A stretch of 64,000 nt of DNA from Lama guanicoe (Eukaryota). How positions within the stretch are numbered: position 1 is the first letter of the stretch; each line of letters opens with the position of its first letter. This document shows positions 63,790 to 64,000 of the stretch, in pieces. Made by a program: the position numbers and the translations under genes. The notes below the pieces were generated by a model, which worked only from the letters and a program-made list of their open reading frames with translations, did no database searches and was not told the DNA's origin. Location of the stretch: contig MU054187.1 of the NCBI GenBank assembly GCA_013239625.1, positions 7,722,358-7,786,357 on the forward strand. Direction: 5' to 3'.

Positions 63790-64000
63790 AAGTATTTATC
63801 ATATGCTAATCTGTATTGGGGGCATACTAACCTGCCCTGGATTCTAAGAATATAATACCGAGCTAAACAGACACCATTACTCTCACGGAGTCAGAAGCCA
63901 GCACACAGGATGTGCACTACAATTTGTAACCACATACTGTGGAAAATGGTGTCAAGGAAAACACAAGGCAGCATGGAAAGACAGGAGAAGTCCTGGGGGT
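63790..64000 (-). mobile_element. L2 3' end fragment
   Basis: caacaagtatttatc...aaacagacaccattactctcacggag resembles the antisense L2 tail. Confidence 0.5.

Overview
Mammalian (eutherian) non-coding DNA. I found no credible protein-coding exon, structural RNA gene, prokaryotic gene or CRISPR array. The ORF track is chance ORFs or decayed LINE ORF2 remnants. The window is a mosaic of old MIR, L2, MLT1 and hAT fossils, older L1s, several young 5'-truncated L1 3' tails of cetartiodactyl type, and one MER41-like solo LTR. There are no Alu, B1/B2, Bov-tA/BovB, PRE-1 or CHR SINEs, which suggests a camelid (inference only). Repeat-poor, CpG- and motif-rich blocks at about 10.2-16.5 kb and 25.4-31.3 kb look like enhancer-rich intronic or intergenic DNA, but I cannot name the host gene. 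The most notable structures visible in the sequence are: (1) an 89-bp, 94%-identical inverted duplication of unique DNA (32404-32953), 95 bp upstream of (2) the MER41-like LTR, which carries overlapping GAS and kappaB sites; (3) a short L1 insertion with an apparent 3' transduction bounded by a 17-bp TSD (40502-40916); (4) a 35-bp foreign insert with a 16-bp duplication inside an old L1; (5) a CTCF plus RFX motif pair; and (6) a (CG)7-containing Z-DNA tract. Repeat boundaries and subfamily names come from recalled consensus sequences and are approximate. Nothing here is a demonstrably new biological system.
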